Shown here piece by piece: positions 19,822-27,991 of a stretch of DNA of 64,000 nt. A program made the translations under genes and the position numbers. How positions within the stretch are numbered: position 1 is the first letter of the stretch; each line of letters begins with the position of its first letter. This DNA is from Capsulimonadaceae bacterium (GTDB lineage Bacteria > Armatimonadota > Armatimonadia > Armatimonadales > Capsulimonadaceae). Under the pieces are notes generated by a model. It ran no database searches. It saw only the letters and a list, made by a program, of their open reading frames with translations, and was not told where the DNA came from. Location of the stretch: the NCBI GenBank assembly GCA_965215505.1, contig OZ244065.1, forward strand, positions 5,536,001-5,600,000, in the 5' to 3' direction.

Positions 19822-20976
19822 ATGGACATCTTCGAGCGGTTCAATTCCAAGTTCGGCAAGTGGTACGAGGGCCTGTTCGGCGGGGACGCGGGCGAGCTTC
19901 GGCCCAAGGACGTGCTTCGCAAGATCATCGCCGCGATGGAGGACAACCGCAAGGAGGGCTTCGACAGCAAGGTCTACGTCCCGAACAAGTACATCTTGGA
20001 GCTTGCCGTGGACGACCCCGAGGAGCGCGAGTACCTGCTGTCGTTCCTCGACGAAGAAGAATTAGTCGTCGTCCTGCAAAAGTTCATGGCCCAGAACGGC
20101 TACAAGACGCGCGGCCCGCTCGACTTCACCATCGCCGAGGTCTCCGAAGCCGAGCGCGAGGCCCGTCGCGAGAAGCTGCGGGTCCGGGTGCGCTATGAGA
20201 AGGGCGAACTGGCGCCGAAAGCCGCGCCCGCCGTCCCGCCCGCGCCCGCCTCCGTCGTTCCCGCCGAGGACGACCTGCCGACTGTCGCCGGCTTCGACCC
20301 GGACGAAGAAGAAGCCGGGACCGTGCCCGCCGTCGCCTGGGCGTCCCTGGCCGTCACCGCCCCCGACGGCAGGCGCAGCCACATTAGCCTGACCAAGCCG
20401 GCCTTCCAGATCGGACGCTCGCGCAACGGCGGCAATGACCTCGTCCTGGACGCCGACGGCATGGCCTCCAAGGCGCACGCCCGATTGGAGCGCGAGCGCG
20501 ACGGGTCCTGGACGCTCTACGACCTGGGCAGCACGAACGGCATCAAGGTCGGCGGCCTCCGCGTGGACAGCAACCGCGTCCTGCACGACGGCGACGAGAT
20601 CACGGTCGGCGCGACCAACATGGTCTTCAGCCAGGCCGATGCCCGCACCGCCGACGCCCCGGCTCCCGCCGCGCCCCTGCGCCGCGCCCGCCTCGTCGGC
20701 GCGGACGGCGAGGCCCACGTCCTCGCCTCCGAAACCCTAATCGGTCGGGCCTTCACCTGCGACATCATCCTGTCCGACCCATCCGTCGCCACCAAGCACG
20801 CCCGCATCATCGCCCCCGACGCCGCTACCTACCTGCTCGAAGACCTGAGCGGCGGCGGCGACACGGCCGTCAACGGCCGCGCCCTCCCGGCGGGCCGCCG
20901 CCTGCCCCTCACCGACGGCGACGCGCTGCGCTTCGGCGACGCCGAACTGCGCTTCGTGGCAGGCGGCGCGGTCTGA
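19822..20976 (+). CDS. fhaA: FhaA-like protein (DUF3662 + two FHA domains)
   Basis: LRPKDV..VPNKY N-terminal domain; IGR..S.xHAR..DLGSTNG FHA; second degenerate FHA. Confidence 0.85.
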   Translation: MDIFERFNSKFGKWYEGLFGGDAGELRPKDVLRKIIAAMEDNRKEGFDSKVYVPNKYILELAVDDPEEREYLLSFLDEEELVVVLQKFMAQNGYKTRGPLDFTIAEVSEAEREARREKLRVRVRYEKGELAPKAAPAVPPAPASVVPAEDDLPTVAGFDPDEEEAGTVPAVAWASLAVTAPDGRRSHISLTKPAFQIGRSRNGGNDLVLDADGMASKAHARLERERDGSWTLYDLGSTNGIKVGGLRVDSNRVLHDGDEITVGATNMVFSQADARTADAPAPAAPLRRARLVGADGEAHVLASETLIGRAFTCDIILSDPSVATKHARIIAPDAATYLLEDLSGGGDTAVNGRALPAGRRLPLTDGDALRFGDAELRFVAGGAV

Positions 20977-20986
20977 GAGGCAACCC

Positions 20987-21085
20987 ATGAACATCCTGTT
21001 AGGCCTTCTCCACTATGCCTTCCTCGCCCTCCTGGTCCTGCTGCTCCTCTACATCCTCGCCCTCGTCCGGCGGCATTTAGACTAG
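20987..21085 (+). CDS. 32-aa single-TM protein resembling the FhaB/FipA membrane anchor
   Basis: GAGG RBS; MNILLGLLHYAFLALLVLLLLYILALVRRHLD; below the ORF-track cutoff. Confidence 0.6.
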   Translation: MNILLGLLHYAFLALLVLLLLYILALVRRHLD

Positions 21086-24000
21086 GACGGGTCTTCCCCC
21101 AGAGCAAACGCCACCGCCTGCTCCCACGTCATCGCCCGGCCCGCCGCCCAAGCCGTGTCGAATGCCTCCGAAGCCATTGCTTTCCGCGCCCCCAATATGG
21201 CTTGTTCTCTGGGTGCGTCTTCATTCGGCGGTCGTCGGTAGCCGACGAGTTCCGACATCATCTCCTCTGCGCCCCATAGCCGTGCCGCACGGTGATACCC
21301 TCCTTCCGCCGCCGCGAGGAAAGCGATCTCTCCTAACGAGTTAGCAACGTCTGATCTTTCCTCTAGCTGTTGGTGCAGTACCAAGCCTTCTATTAAAAGT
21401 TTTTCCGACTCGGCGAACCGCTCTTGCTGACGGGCAACGCTCCCCAAGTTGCTCAGGAGCGTGGCGACCCCGGATTTGCCCCCGAACACCCGGAGCAGAG
21501 CCAAACAACGTTCCATCAGCTTTCTGGCCTCTTCAAAGTCGCCCTCATTGTATGCGAGCGTAGCGAGTCCATTGAGAATATCCGCAACCCCGTATTTGTC
21601 GCCAACGTCCTGGGACAGAGCTAGACTCTGGTTATATAGATACCTGGCTGCCCCATAATCGCCCTGCACCCGAGCCAAGCTACCCAGACTGCTCAATGAG
21701 TGAGCGGTGCCTCTCTTTTGACCCAGCGCCAGCCACAACGCTAAACTTTTTTCATGAAGTAGTTTAGCGTCCTCAAAGCGGCCCTGCTTATAGGCCAATT
21801 CTCCCAACTGGCTCAAGGAATTGCCGATGCCCACAACGTCTCCGAGCTTCCGCCTTAATGTGAGGCTTTCTTGTTGCATTTCAATGGCAACGGGATAATT
21901 GTCCTGATTTTGATGGACAACTGCTAGGCCGTACAAGGCGGTGGCGATCCCGTAGTCATATCCCAGATCGTGGGAGAGTTCCAGACTTTTCTGATGCCAT
22001 TCCAATGCTTCTTCCCAGTCACCTAGATGCTCGACCACGCTCCCAAGACTGAAGAGCGCGTCTGCAACACTCTGTTGATCCCCTTGTCTGACCTGTAAGG
22101 CCAGACCTTCCTCGAATAACTTCCGAGCCTCCGCTAAAGCCCCTTGGGCCTGAGCAAGAGCGCCTGTCTTCATCAGCACCCTGGCCTGAACCTCTTCCGA
22201 GATGATTGCATCGTTTGCCACGTCTCGCTCAAGCCATCGCCGACCTTCTTCCAGATAGCCGCGCACCCACCAGAACCGCTGCAAGGCACATGCGAGGCGC
22301 AGCCCCGCCTCGTCTGCCCGCCATTCTAGGGCGGCACGGAGGTTGTCATGCTCCGTCCCCAATCGATCCAGCCAGTTCTTCTGTTCCGGCCCCCGCAATT
22401 GCGGCGCGGCATTCTCTGCAAGCGTAAGGAAAAAGTTTCGGTGGCGTCGGCGTGTTTCTCCCCACGCTCCTCGTTCGCGCAGCCTGTCTCCGGCGTAGTG
22501 CCGCACCGTTTCCAGCATCCGGTAGCGGCCCGAGGCGGCCTCAAAAACGACCAGGCTCTTGTCTACCAGTGAGGTTAATAGGTCGAGGACAGGCCCGCCA
22601 TCGGCACCCTCGGAAGTCCCTACCGTCTCCGCCGCGTCTAGAGTCCACCCGCCCGCAAACACGGACAGGCGGCAGAGCAGAAGCCTCTCGGGTTCAGTGA
22701 GTAGGTCATACGACCAGTCAATGACCGCCCGCAGTGTTTTGTGGCGTGCGGGCGACTCGCGCCGACCGTTTGTGAGCAGGCCGAACCGGTCCGACAGCAT
22801 CTCGGCGATCCGCTCCAGCGGCAGCGCCTTGACGCGCGCCGCCGCTAATTCCAGGGCTAGCGGGATGCCATCTAGGGCGGCGCAGATGGCGGCGACCGGC
22901 CGGACATTCTCAGGCTCCAGCGCGAACCGCCGGAACTGGAACACGCGGTCAACGAGAAGGCGCGCGGCGTCATAGCCGAGCAGCGCGGCTACCGGGTCTG
23001 TAGTGCCGGCGGGGAGGAAGTCGGGGGCGGGGAAGGGGAGCGGCGACACAGGGTAAAGATGCTCGCCGTCAATGTTGAGTGGCTTCCGACTGGTCGCCAG
23101 GACGGAAAGGTCTGGACAGGCGTAAAGGAGCCGGGCGACGAACGTTCCGCAGTCAACAGTCTCCGAGCGGCCGTCGAGGAGCAGGTGTTCGCAGTTGTCC
23201 AGGAGGAGCAAGGTTTGCTTGCCCTGGAGGAAGGTGATTAGCGCCTCGGTAACGCTGACGCCTTTCTGTTCCGTCACGCTCAGCGCCGTCGCGACGGCCT
23301 GGGGCACTTGGTCTGAGGCGGTTAGGGCGGCCAGTTCAACCAGCCGTATGCCCTTCCAGTCGCCGAGCAGTTCCCAGGCCGTCTGTACGGCGAGCCGCGT
23401 TTTGCCGCAGCCGCCCATCCCCGTCAGCGTCACCAGCCGCCCGGACAGCAGCAGGTTTCGGATGTCTCGCCTTTCCTGCTCCCGCCCGACGAAACTAGTG
23501 ACGGGGGAGGGAAGGTTATGCGACGGGGGCGACGGAACGATGTCGGCGGCCCCCTCAAATTGTGGTGAGGTCGGCGGCAAATAGGACGCGCGGGCGCGGA
23601 GGCTCCCTAGCGTCAGCGGGAATTGGCGCAAGGCTTCCAGTTCCGGCGCATCCAGACGGCCTTCGGCCCCTTGAAGTCGGCCGACAGCCCGGTCCAGCAG
23701 CGGCAGGACTTTGGTGCGGTAGGAATAGACTTCGTTCGCCCGCCCGTTGGCGCGGGCGTTCTCCATCAGGACGAGCAGGCTGTCGGCCCGCCCGCACAGG
23801 GCGGCCAGATAGCCAGCGTCCAGGTGCGCCCCGGCCCGCCGGAACTCGGGGCGCTGGAGCCACGGGTAGGCCATCCCCTCCAGGAGCGGGCGGGCGGCCA
23901 GCGCCATGATCTTTTCCTGACTCGCCGGTCCGTGCAGGTTCTTCGCGGCTTCCAGCAGCTCCGCCACGTCAATGTCCAGATGACGCCAGGTGACGCGCGC

Positions 24001-24408
24001 CACGCCCCGTTCGCGGCTCTCCCCATCCGGGAGCAGGCGGAACGACAAGGGCGGGTCCGACGCCCCGCGCGGGTGCATCCGGTTCAGCAGGTAGCCCACC
24101 CGGTCCCGCGCCGCCTGTTGAGGGTCTATTGTCGGCTCCGTGTTCGGGCGATCCTTCGGGATGTAACCGTTCGGGATCAGAGTCTCGACTAGCCACTCGC
24201 GCCGCACCTCGTACCCGGCGTGGCCCTGCGAGTCTCTTATCTCCCGCCACACCCCGTCCGGCGGCAGGAGCAAGGTGCCGATGATTAGCAGGGCCAGCAG
24301 CTCCCTTTCCGCACCTTCAAGCGACACCTCCGGCCCGTCCGCCCCCGCCCGGATGCGCGGCGGACCCATCAGACAGACGCGCGTTCTTTCCTGTATCTCT
24401 TCAGGCAT
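21082..24408 (-). CDS. AfsR-like SARP (wHTH-BTAD) + STAND ATPase + TPR regulator
   Basis: Degenerate SARP N-terminus, SFVGRE, GMGGCGKT, LLLLDNCEHL, LDGIPLALELAA, about 8 TPRs. Start is 24408 or 24444. Confidence 0.88.
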   Translation of the reverse strand: MPEEIQERTRVCLMGPPRIRAGADGPEVSLEGAERELLALLIIGTLLLPPDGVWREIRDSQGHAGYEVRREWLVETLIPNGYIPKDRPNTEPTIDPQQAARDRVGYLLNRMHPRGASDPPLSFRLLPDGESRERGVARVTWRHLDIDVAELLEAAKNLHGPASQEKIMALAARPLLEGMAYPWLQRPEFRRAGAHLDAGYLAALCGRADSLLVLMENARANGRANEVYSYRTKVLPLLDRAVGRLQGAEGRLDAPELEALRQFPLTLGSLRARASYLPPTSPQFEGAADIVPSPPSHNLPSPVTSFVGREQERRDIRNLLLSGRLVTLTGMGGCGKTRLAVQTAWELLGDWKGIRLVELAALTASDQVPQAVATALSVTEQKGVSVTEALITFLQGKQTLLLLDNCEHLLLDGRSETVDCGTFVARLLYACPDLSVLATSRKPLNIDGEHLYPVSPLPFPAPDFLPAGTTDPVAALLGYDAARLLVDRVFQFRRFALEPENVRPVAAICAALDGIPLALELAAARVKALPLERIAEMLSDRFGLLTNGRRESPARHKTLRAVIDWSYDLLTEPERLLLCRLSVFAGGWTLDAAETVGTSEGADGGPVLDLLTSLVDKSLVVFEAASGRYRMLETVRHYAGDRLRERGAWGETRRRHRNFFLTLAENAAPQLRGPEQKNWLDRLGTEHDNLRAALEWRADEAGLRLACALQRFWWVRGYLEEGRRWLERDVANDAIISEEVQARVLMKTGALAQAQGALAEARKLFEEGLALQVRQGDQQSVADALFSLGSVVEHLGDWEEALEWHQKSLELSHDLGYDYGIATALYGLAVVHQNQDNYPVAIEMQQESLTLRRKLGDVVGIGNSLSQLGELAYKQGRFEDAKLLHEKSLALWLALGQKRGTAHSLSSLGSLARVQGDYGAARYLYNQSLALSQDVGDKYGVADILNGLATLAYNEGDFEEARKLMERCLALLRVFGGKSGVATLLSNLGSVARQQERFAESEKLLIEGLVLHQQLEERSDVANSLGEIAFLAAAEGGYHRAARLWGAEEMMSELVGYRRPPNEDAPREQAILGARKAMASEAFDTAWAAGRAMTWEQAVAFALGEDPS

Positions 24409-24480
24409 CTTTCGGTCCACTCCACAGGGTGTAAGATGCTCCATACAACTGAGCCTGCTCCCATTATACACCAGATTTGT

Positions 24481-24550
24481 CCGTTAGCACCCAAGCCGCT
24501 CCGTTAGCGCCGCCGCAACTCTGTTAGCGCCCCCGCCGTCCCGCTATCCT
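24481..24550 (+). repeat. Phased direct repeats C(C/T)GTTAGC(A/G)C at exact 20-bp spacing
   Basis: Copies at 24481, 24501, 24521; degenerate fourth copy at 24541 overlapping a TATCCT -10-like hexamer. Confidence 0.8.
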
Positions 24551-24631
24551 TGCAGTGTCCCGGCCTCCGTGTCATCCTAACCCCATTCACAGGCTGGCGG
24601 ATCAACCGCCTCACGAAAAGGAGAAACGCAG

Positions 24632-24997
24632 ATGAACGAGTTCTTAGGGTTCCGCAAGATGATCACGCCGCTCGTGATCCAGATCGTCTTCTGGATCGGG
24701 GTCGCCGTCTCGGTCATGGCCGGGATCGGCCTGATGATCGCCGGGGCCGCCGCCTCGGCGGAGATGAACCGCTATGGCGGCGGCGGGGCGGGCCTCCCCG
24801 GCGGCCTGCTCGTCTTCGCCGGGCTGGTGGAGATGTTCGTCGGCCCCGTGCTGGTCCGCATCTCGTGCGAACTCACGATGGTCTTTTTCCGCATCTACGA
24901 GACGCTGATCGAGCTTCGCGACGACGGCCGGGGAAAAGTCCCGGCGGCGTCCGCGCACACCTACCCGCAGGCCCAAACGGCCTATACCAATCTGTAA
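24632..24997 (+). CDS. DUF4282 family membrane protein
   Basis: FLGFRKMITPLVIQIVFW...RISCELTMVFFRI; AAGGAG RBS. Confidence 0.85.
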   Translation: MNEFLGFRKMITPLVIQIVFWIGVAVSVMAGIGLMIAGAAASAEMNRYGGGGAGLPGGLLVFAGLVEMFVGPVLVRISCELTMVFFRIYETLIELRDDGRGKVPAASAHTYPQAQTAYTNL

Positions 24998-25032
24998 CAA
25001 TCGCCGGAACGACTAAACGAAAGGGAATCCTC

Positions 25033-27576
25033 ATGCAAACCGCTCTCCGGGCGTTTCGCCCCCTCATCCTGTCCGCGCACTGCCTGTGCGCCCTGGCCTT
25101 CCTCGTCCTGGCCGCGCCCATGTGCGCCGCGGCGACCTACTACGTCGCGCCCTCCGGCAGCGACAACAACGCCGGCACTTCAGCGGCTCCTTACCTCACG
25201 ATCCAGACCGCCATTGCCAATGCCGCCAGCGGCGACACGGTGATTGTGAAAGACGGGACGTATACCGGCGTCGGCGATGTGGACATTGACCTAGACGGCA
25301 ACAACATCACCCTGACCTCGCTGAATGGGGCTGCCACTACAATCATTGACTGCGCCGGCAGCAGCACCGCCATTCATCGCGGCTTCTATCTGCACAGCGG
25401 CGAAGGAAAGAACGCCCCCGCTGTCATCCGTGGCTTCACAGTGAAGAGCGGCTACGAAAGCAACAACAACAACCGGGGCGGTGGAGGGATGTTTATTGCC
25501 AACACCGACAACATCACCGTTCAAAACTGCGTCTTCACCGCCAACACGTCTGCACTCAACGGGGGTGCAATCGAGAACGACGGCTCAGTCGCCCTGACGA
25601 ACTGTACCTTCAGCAACAACGCCGCCAACAATGGCAACGGCGGTGGCCTTTACAGTATCGGCACGGCCACTTTGACTGACTGTACCTTCAATGGTGACAC
25701 CAGCAACTTTGGGGGTGGCATTCATAATACCGGCATGGCTACTCTGACAAACTGTAGCTACATCGGCAACACCGCTGGACGGAGCGGTGGTGGCTTCTAT
25801 AACTCTGGAACGGCGACTGTCACGAGTTGTACCTTTAAGGGCAACACTGCTACTACCTACTATAGCTCAGACGGGGGTGGTGGCTTCTGTACGAGTGGCT
25901 CTGGCACAGCTACCGTGGTGGGCACATCCTTTACTAACAACGTATCAGGGCAAATTGGCGGTGGTCTTTATAACGACAACGCTACTCTAACCCTCACAGG
26001 CTGCCTAATCTCTGGGAATACTGCAACGAATAACGTGGGTGGGGGCCTCTACAACGACGGCGGAAGCAACGCCCTCGCGCTGAGAGTCAGCCTCTGCACC
26101 TTCTCCGGCAACAGCGCGCCGAAGAATGACGGGGGTGCTATGTATCTCACCCAGTACTACTCCAGCAGTAACGATACTGCGGCCATCTCGAACTGCTTGA
26201 TTGTGGGCAACAAGGCTGGTAACGACGGTGGGGGCATCTGCAACAACTACGATGCGCTCACAGTGCAGTTCACTACCTCATCTGGCAATACTGCGGGCAA
26301 CCAAGGAGGTGGTCTCTATGTCGGTTCCGGCACGGCCACTTTGACCGACGACATTCTTTACAACGACATCGGCGGCGAAGCCGTAGATGGAACCAGCAGC
26401 GGCACTTCGGTTACGGTGAACTACTGTGACGTGAAGGGAGGGTTCGCCGGCACAGGGAACTTTGACAAGAAACCGCTGTTCGTCAACCCGAACAACAGCG
26501 ACTATCATTTGCAATCTGGCTCCCCCTGCATCGGCGCAGGAACGCCCATCACCGGCATTACCACCGACTTGGACGGCAAGACGCGCGCCAACCCGCCCAC
26601 CATGGGCTGCTATGAGGGTCCGACAGCCGTGACGGCTACCAGCCACACGCACCTGCTGTGGAACAACAGCGACGGGCGCGTCATGCTGTGGAGCATCGCG
26701 CAGGACGGCACGTTCACCCTCAACGGCTTCGGGCCGTACACCGACGGCGCACCGCAGAACAAGTGGACCGCCACGGCGGTGGCGACGGGGGCAGACGGCA
26801 AGAGCCATCTCCTGTGGAATAACACGGACGGAAGGGTCATGCTCTGGACCGTGGACGACGCGGGTAACTTCACCCTGGCGGGCTATGGCCCTTACACCGA
26901 CAACGCGCCTGACAACAAGTGGAACGCCACGGCCGTCTCAGTTGGCCCGGACGGCACCGTCCACCTGCTGTGGAACAACACCGACCACCGGGCCATGCTC
27001 TGGAGCGTGGCCCCCGACTTCAGTTTTTCCTTGGCCGGGTACGGGCCGTACACCGACAACGGCGCGAACAACCTGTGGAGCGCCACCGCCCTTTCCACCG
27101 GGCCGGACGGTGTCAGCCACATCCTGTGGAATAACACGGATAACCGGGTCATGCTGTGGAACGTCGCGCCGTCGTTCAGCTTCACCCTGGCGGGATTTGG
27201 GCCATACACGGACGGCGCACCGCAGAACTTGTGGAGCGCGGCGGGGCTGTCGGTCGGGCCGGACAACGTGCAGCACATCCTGTGGACGAACACCGACCGC
27301 CGGGCCATGTTCTGGAACGTAGACAGCTCGTTCGGCTTCACGCTGGCCGGCTTCGGGCCGTACACGGACAACGCGCCCGGCAACCTGTGGAGCGCGGCGG
27401 CGGTGGCGACGGGACCCGACGGCCTCTCGCACCTTCTGTGGGACAACCCCGACAACCGGGCAATGCTGTGGGGCGTGGATAGCGCCTTTGGCTTCACGGT
27501 CGCGGGCTACGGACCGTACACGGATAATGCCCCCGGCAACCTCTGGTCGGCCACCGCCGTCTCAGCGGGGCCGTGA
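25033..27576 (+). CDS. Secreted right-handed beta-helix (Pmp/choice-of-anchor-Q-like) protein with six 52-aa C-terminal repeats
   Basis: Signal peptide, YYVAPSGSD, GGAI/FxxN repeats, DYHLQSGSPCIGAG; repeats from 26650. Confidence 0.85.
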   Translation: MQTALRAFRPLILSAHCLCALAFLVLAAPMCAAATYYVAPSGSDNNAGTSAAPYLTIQTAIANAASGDTVIVKDGTYTGVGDVDIDLDGNNITLTSLNGAATTIIDCAGSSTAIHRGFYLHSGEGKNAPAVIRGFTVKSGYESNNNNRGGGGMFIANTDNITVQNCVFTANTSALNGGAIENDGSVALTNCTFSNNAANNGNGGGLYSIGTATLTDCTFNGDTSNFGGGIHNTGMATLTNCSYIGNTAGRSGGGFYNSGTATVTSCTFKGNTATTYYSSDGGGGFCTSGSGTATVVGTSFTNNVSGQIGGGLYNDNATLTLTGCLISGNTATNNVGGGLYNDGGSNALALRVSLCTFSGNSAPKNDGGAMYLTQYYSSSNDTAAISNCLIVGNKAGNDGGGICNNYDALTVQFTTSSGNTAGNQGGGLYVGSGTATLTDDILYNDIGGEAVDGTSSGTSVTVNYCDVKGGFAGTGNFDKKPLFVNPNNSDYHLQSGSPCIGAGTPITGITTDLDGKTRANPPTMGCYEGPTAVTATSHTHLLWNNSDGRVMLWSIAQDGTFTLNGFGPYTDGAPQNKWTATAVATGADGKSHLLWNNTDGRVMLWTVDDAGNFTLAGYGPYTDNAPDNKWNATAVSVGPDGTVHLLWNNTDHRAMLWSVAPDFSFSLAGYGPYTDNGANNLWSATALSTGPDGVSHILWNNTDNRVMLWNVAPSFSFTLAGFGPYTDGAPQNLWSAAGLSVGPDNVQHILWTNTDRRAMFWNVDSSFGFTLAGFGPYTDNAPGNLWSAAAVATGPDGLSHLLWDNPDNRAMLWGVDSAFGFTVAGYGPYTDNAPGNLWSATAVSAGP
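26650..27573 (+). repeat. Six tandem 156-bp repeats (HLLWNNTDxRxMLW..GYGPYTD..WSATAxxxGP)
   Basis: His codons at 26650 and 26806 show a 156-bp period; six units. Confidence 0.9.
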
Positions 27577-27597
27577 CGGATAGATGCCCGCGCGTTC

Positions 27598-27628
27598 AGC
27601 CCCCGGCCCGCAAGGTCGGGGGCTTTTT
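27598..27628 (+). terminator. Intrinsic terminator
   Basis: AGCCCCCGGCC-CGCAA-GGTCGGGGGCT then TTTT. Confidence 0.85.
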
Positions 27629-27660
27629 CATGGGTCAGGTGTGTCCGAACAGGCATCCGC

Positions 27661-27753
27661 CCTTGCGGGCGTAATCTGCTCATCATGGCGGTCTTCCCCG
27701 CGCTCGAAGAAAGGCTCCGATTGAAGACCCGAAACACAAGGATGGAGCCGTAG
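27661..27753 (+). pseudogene. Decayed duplicate of the uvrC promoter and 5' end
   Basis: ATG 27685 gives MAVFPALEERLR versus uvrC MAVSPTLEEKLQ; upstream DNA is also homologous. Confidence 0.75.
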
Positions 27754-27991
27754 CCCATCGGGCGACCTTTGCCAGGAGAATGCCGGGTCCTTTCTCCAAC
27801 TGCTTTTGTAGCTTCGCCCACAAAATCGTTTTACGCTGTGTTTACGGTGGCGTGGTAGAGTGTCCTTGCGGGCGCAAATTTGCTTCCGCCTAGCCGCACG
27901 AGCGCCGGAGTCGGCCTGGTTTGTGCAGGCAGCTCTTCCAGCAAGCGACACGTTCTCTCCGTTTCATCTGGCTTCAAAGGAACACCCTCTC

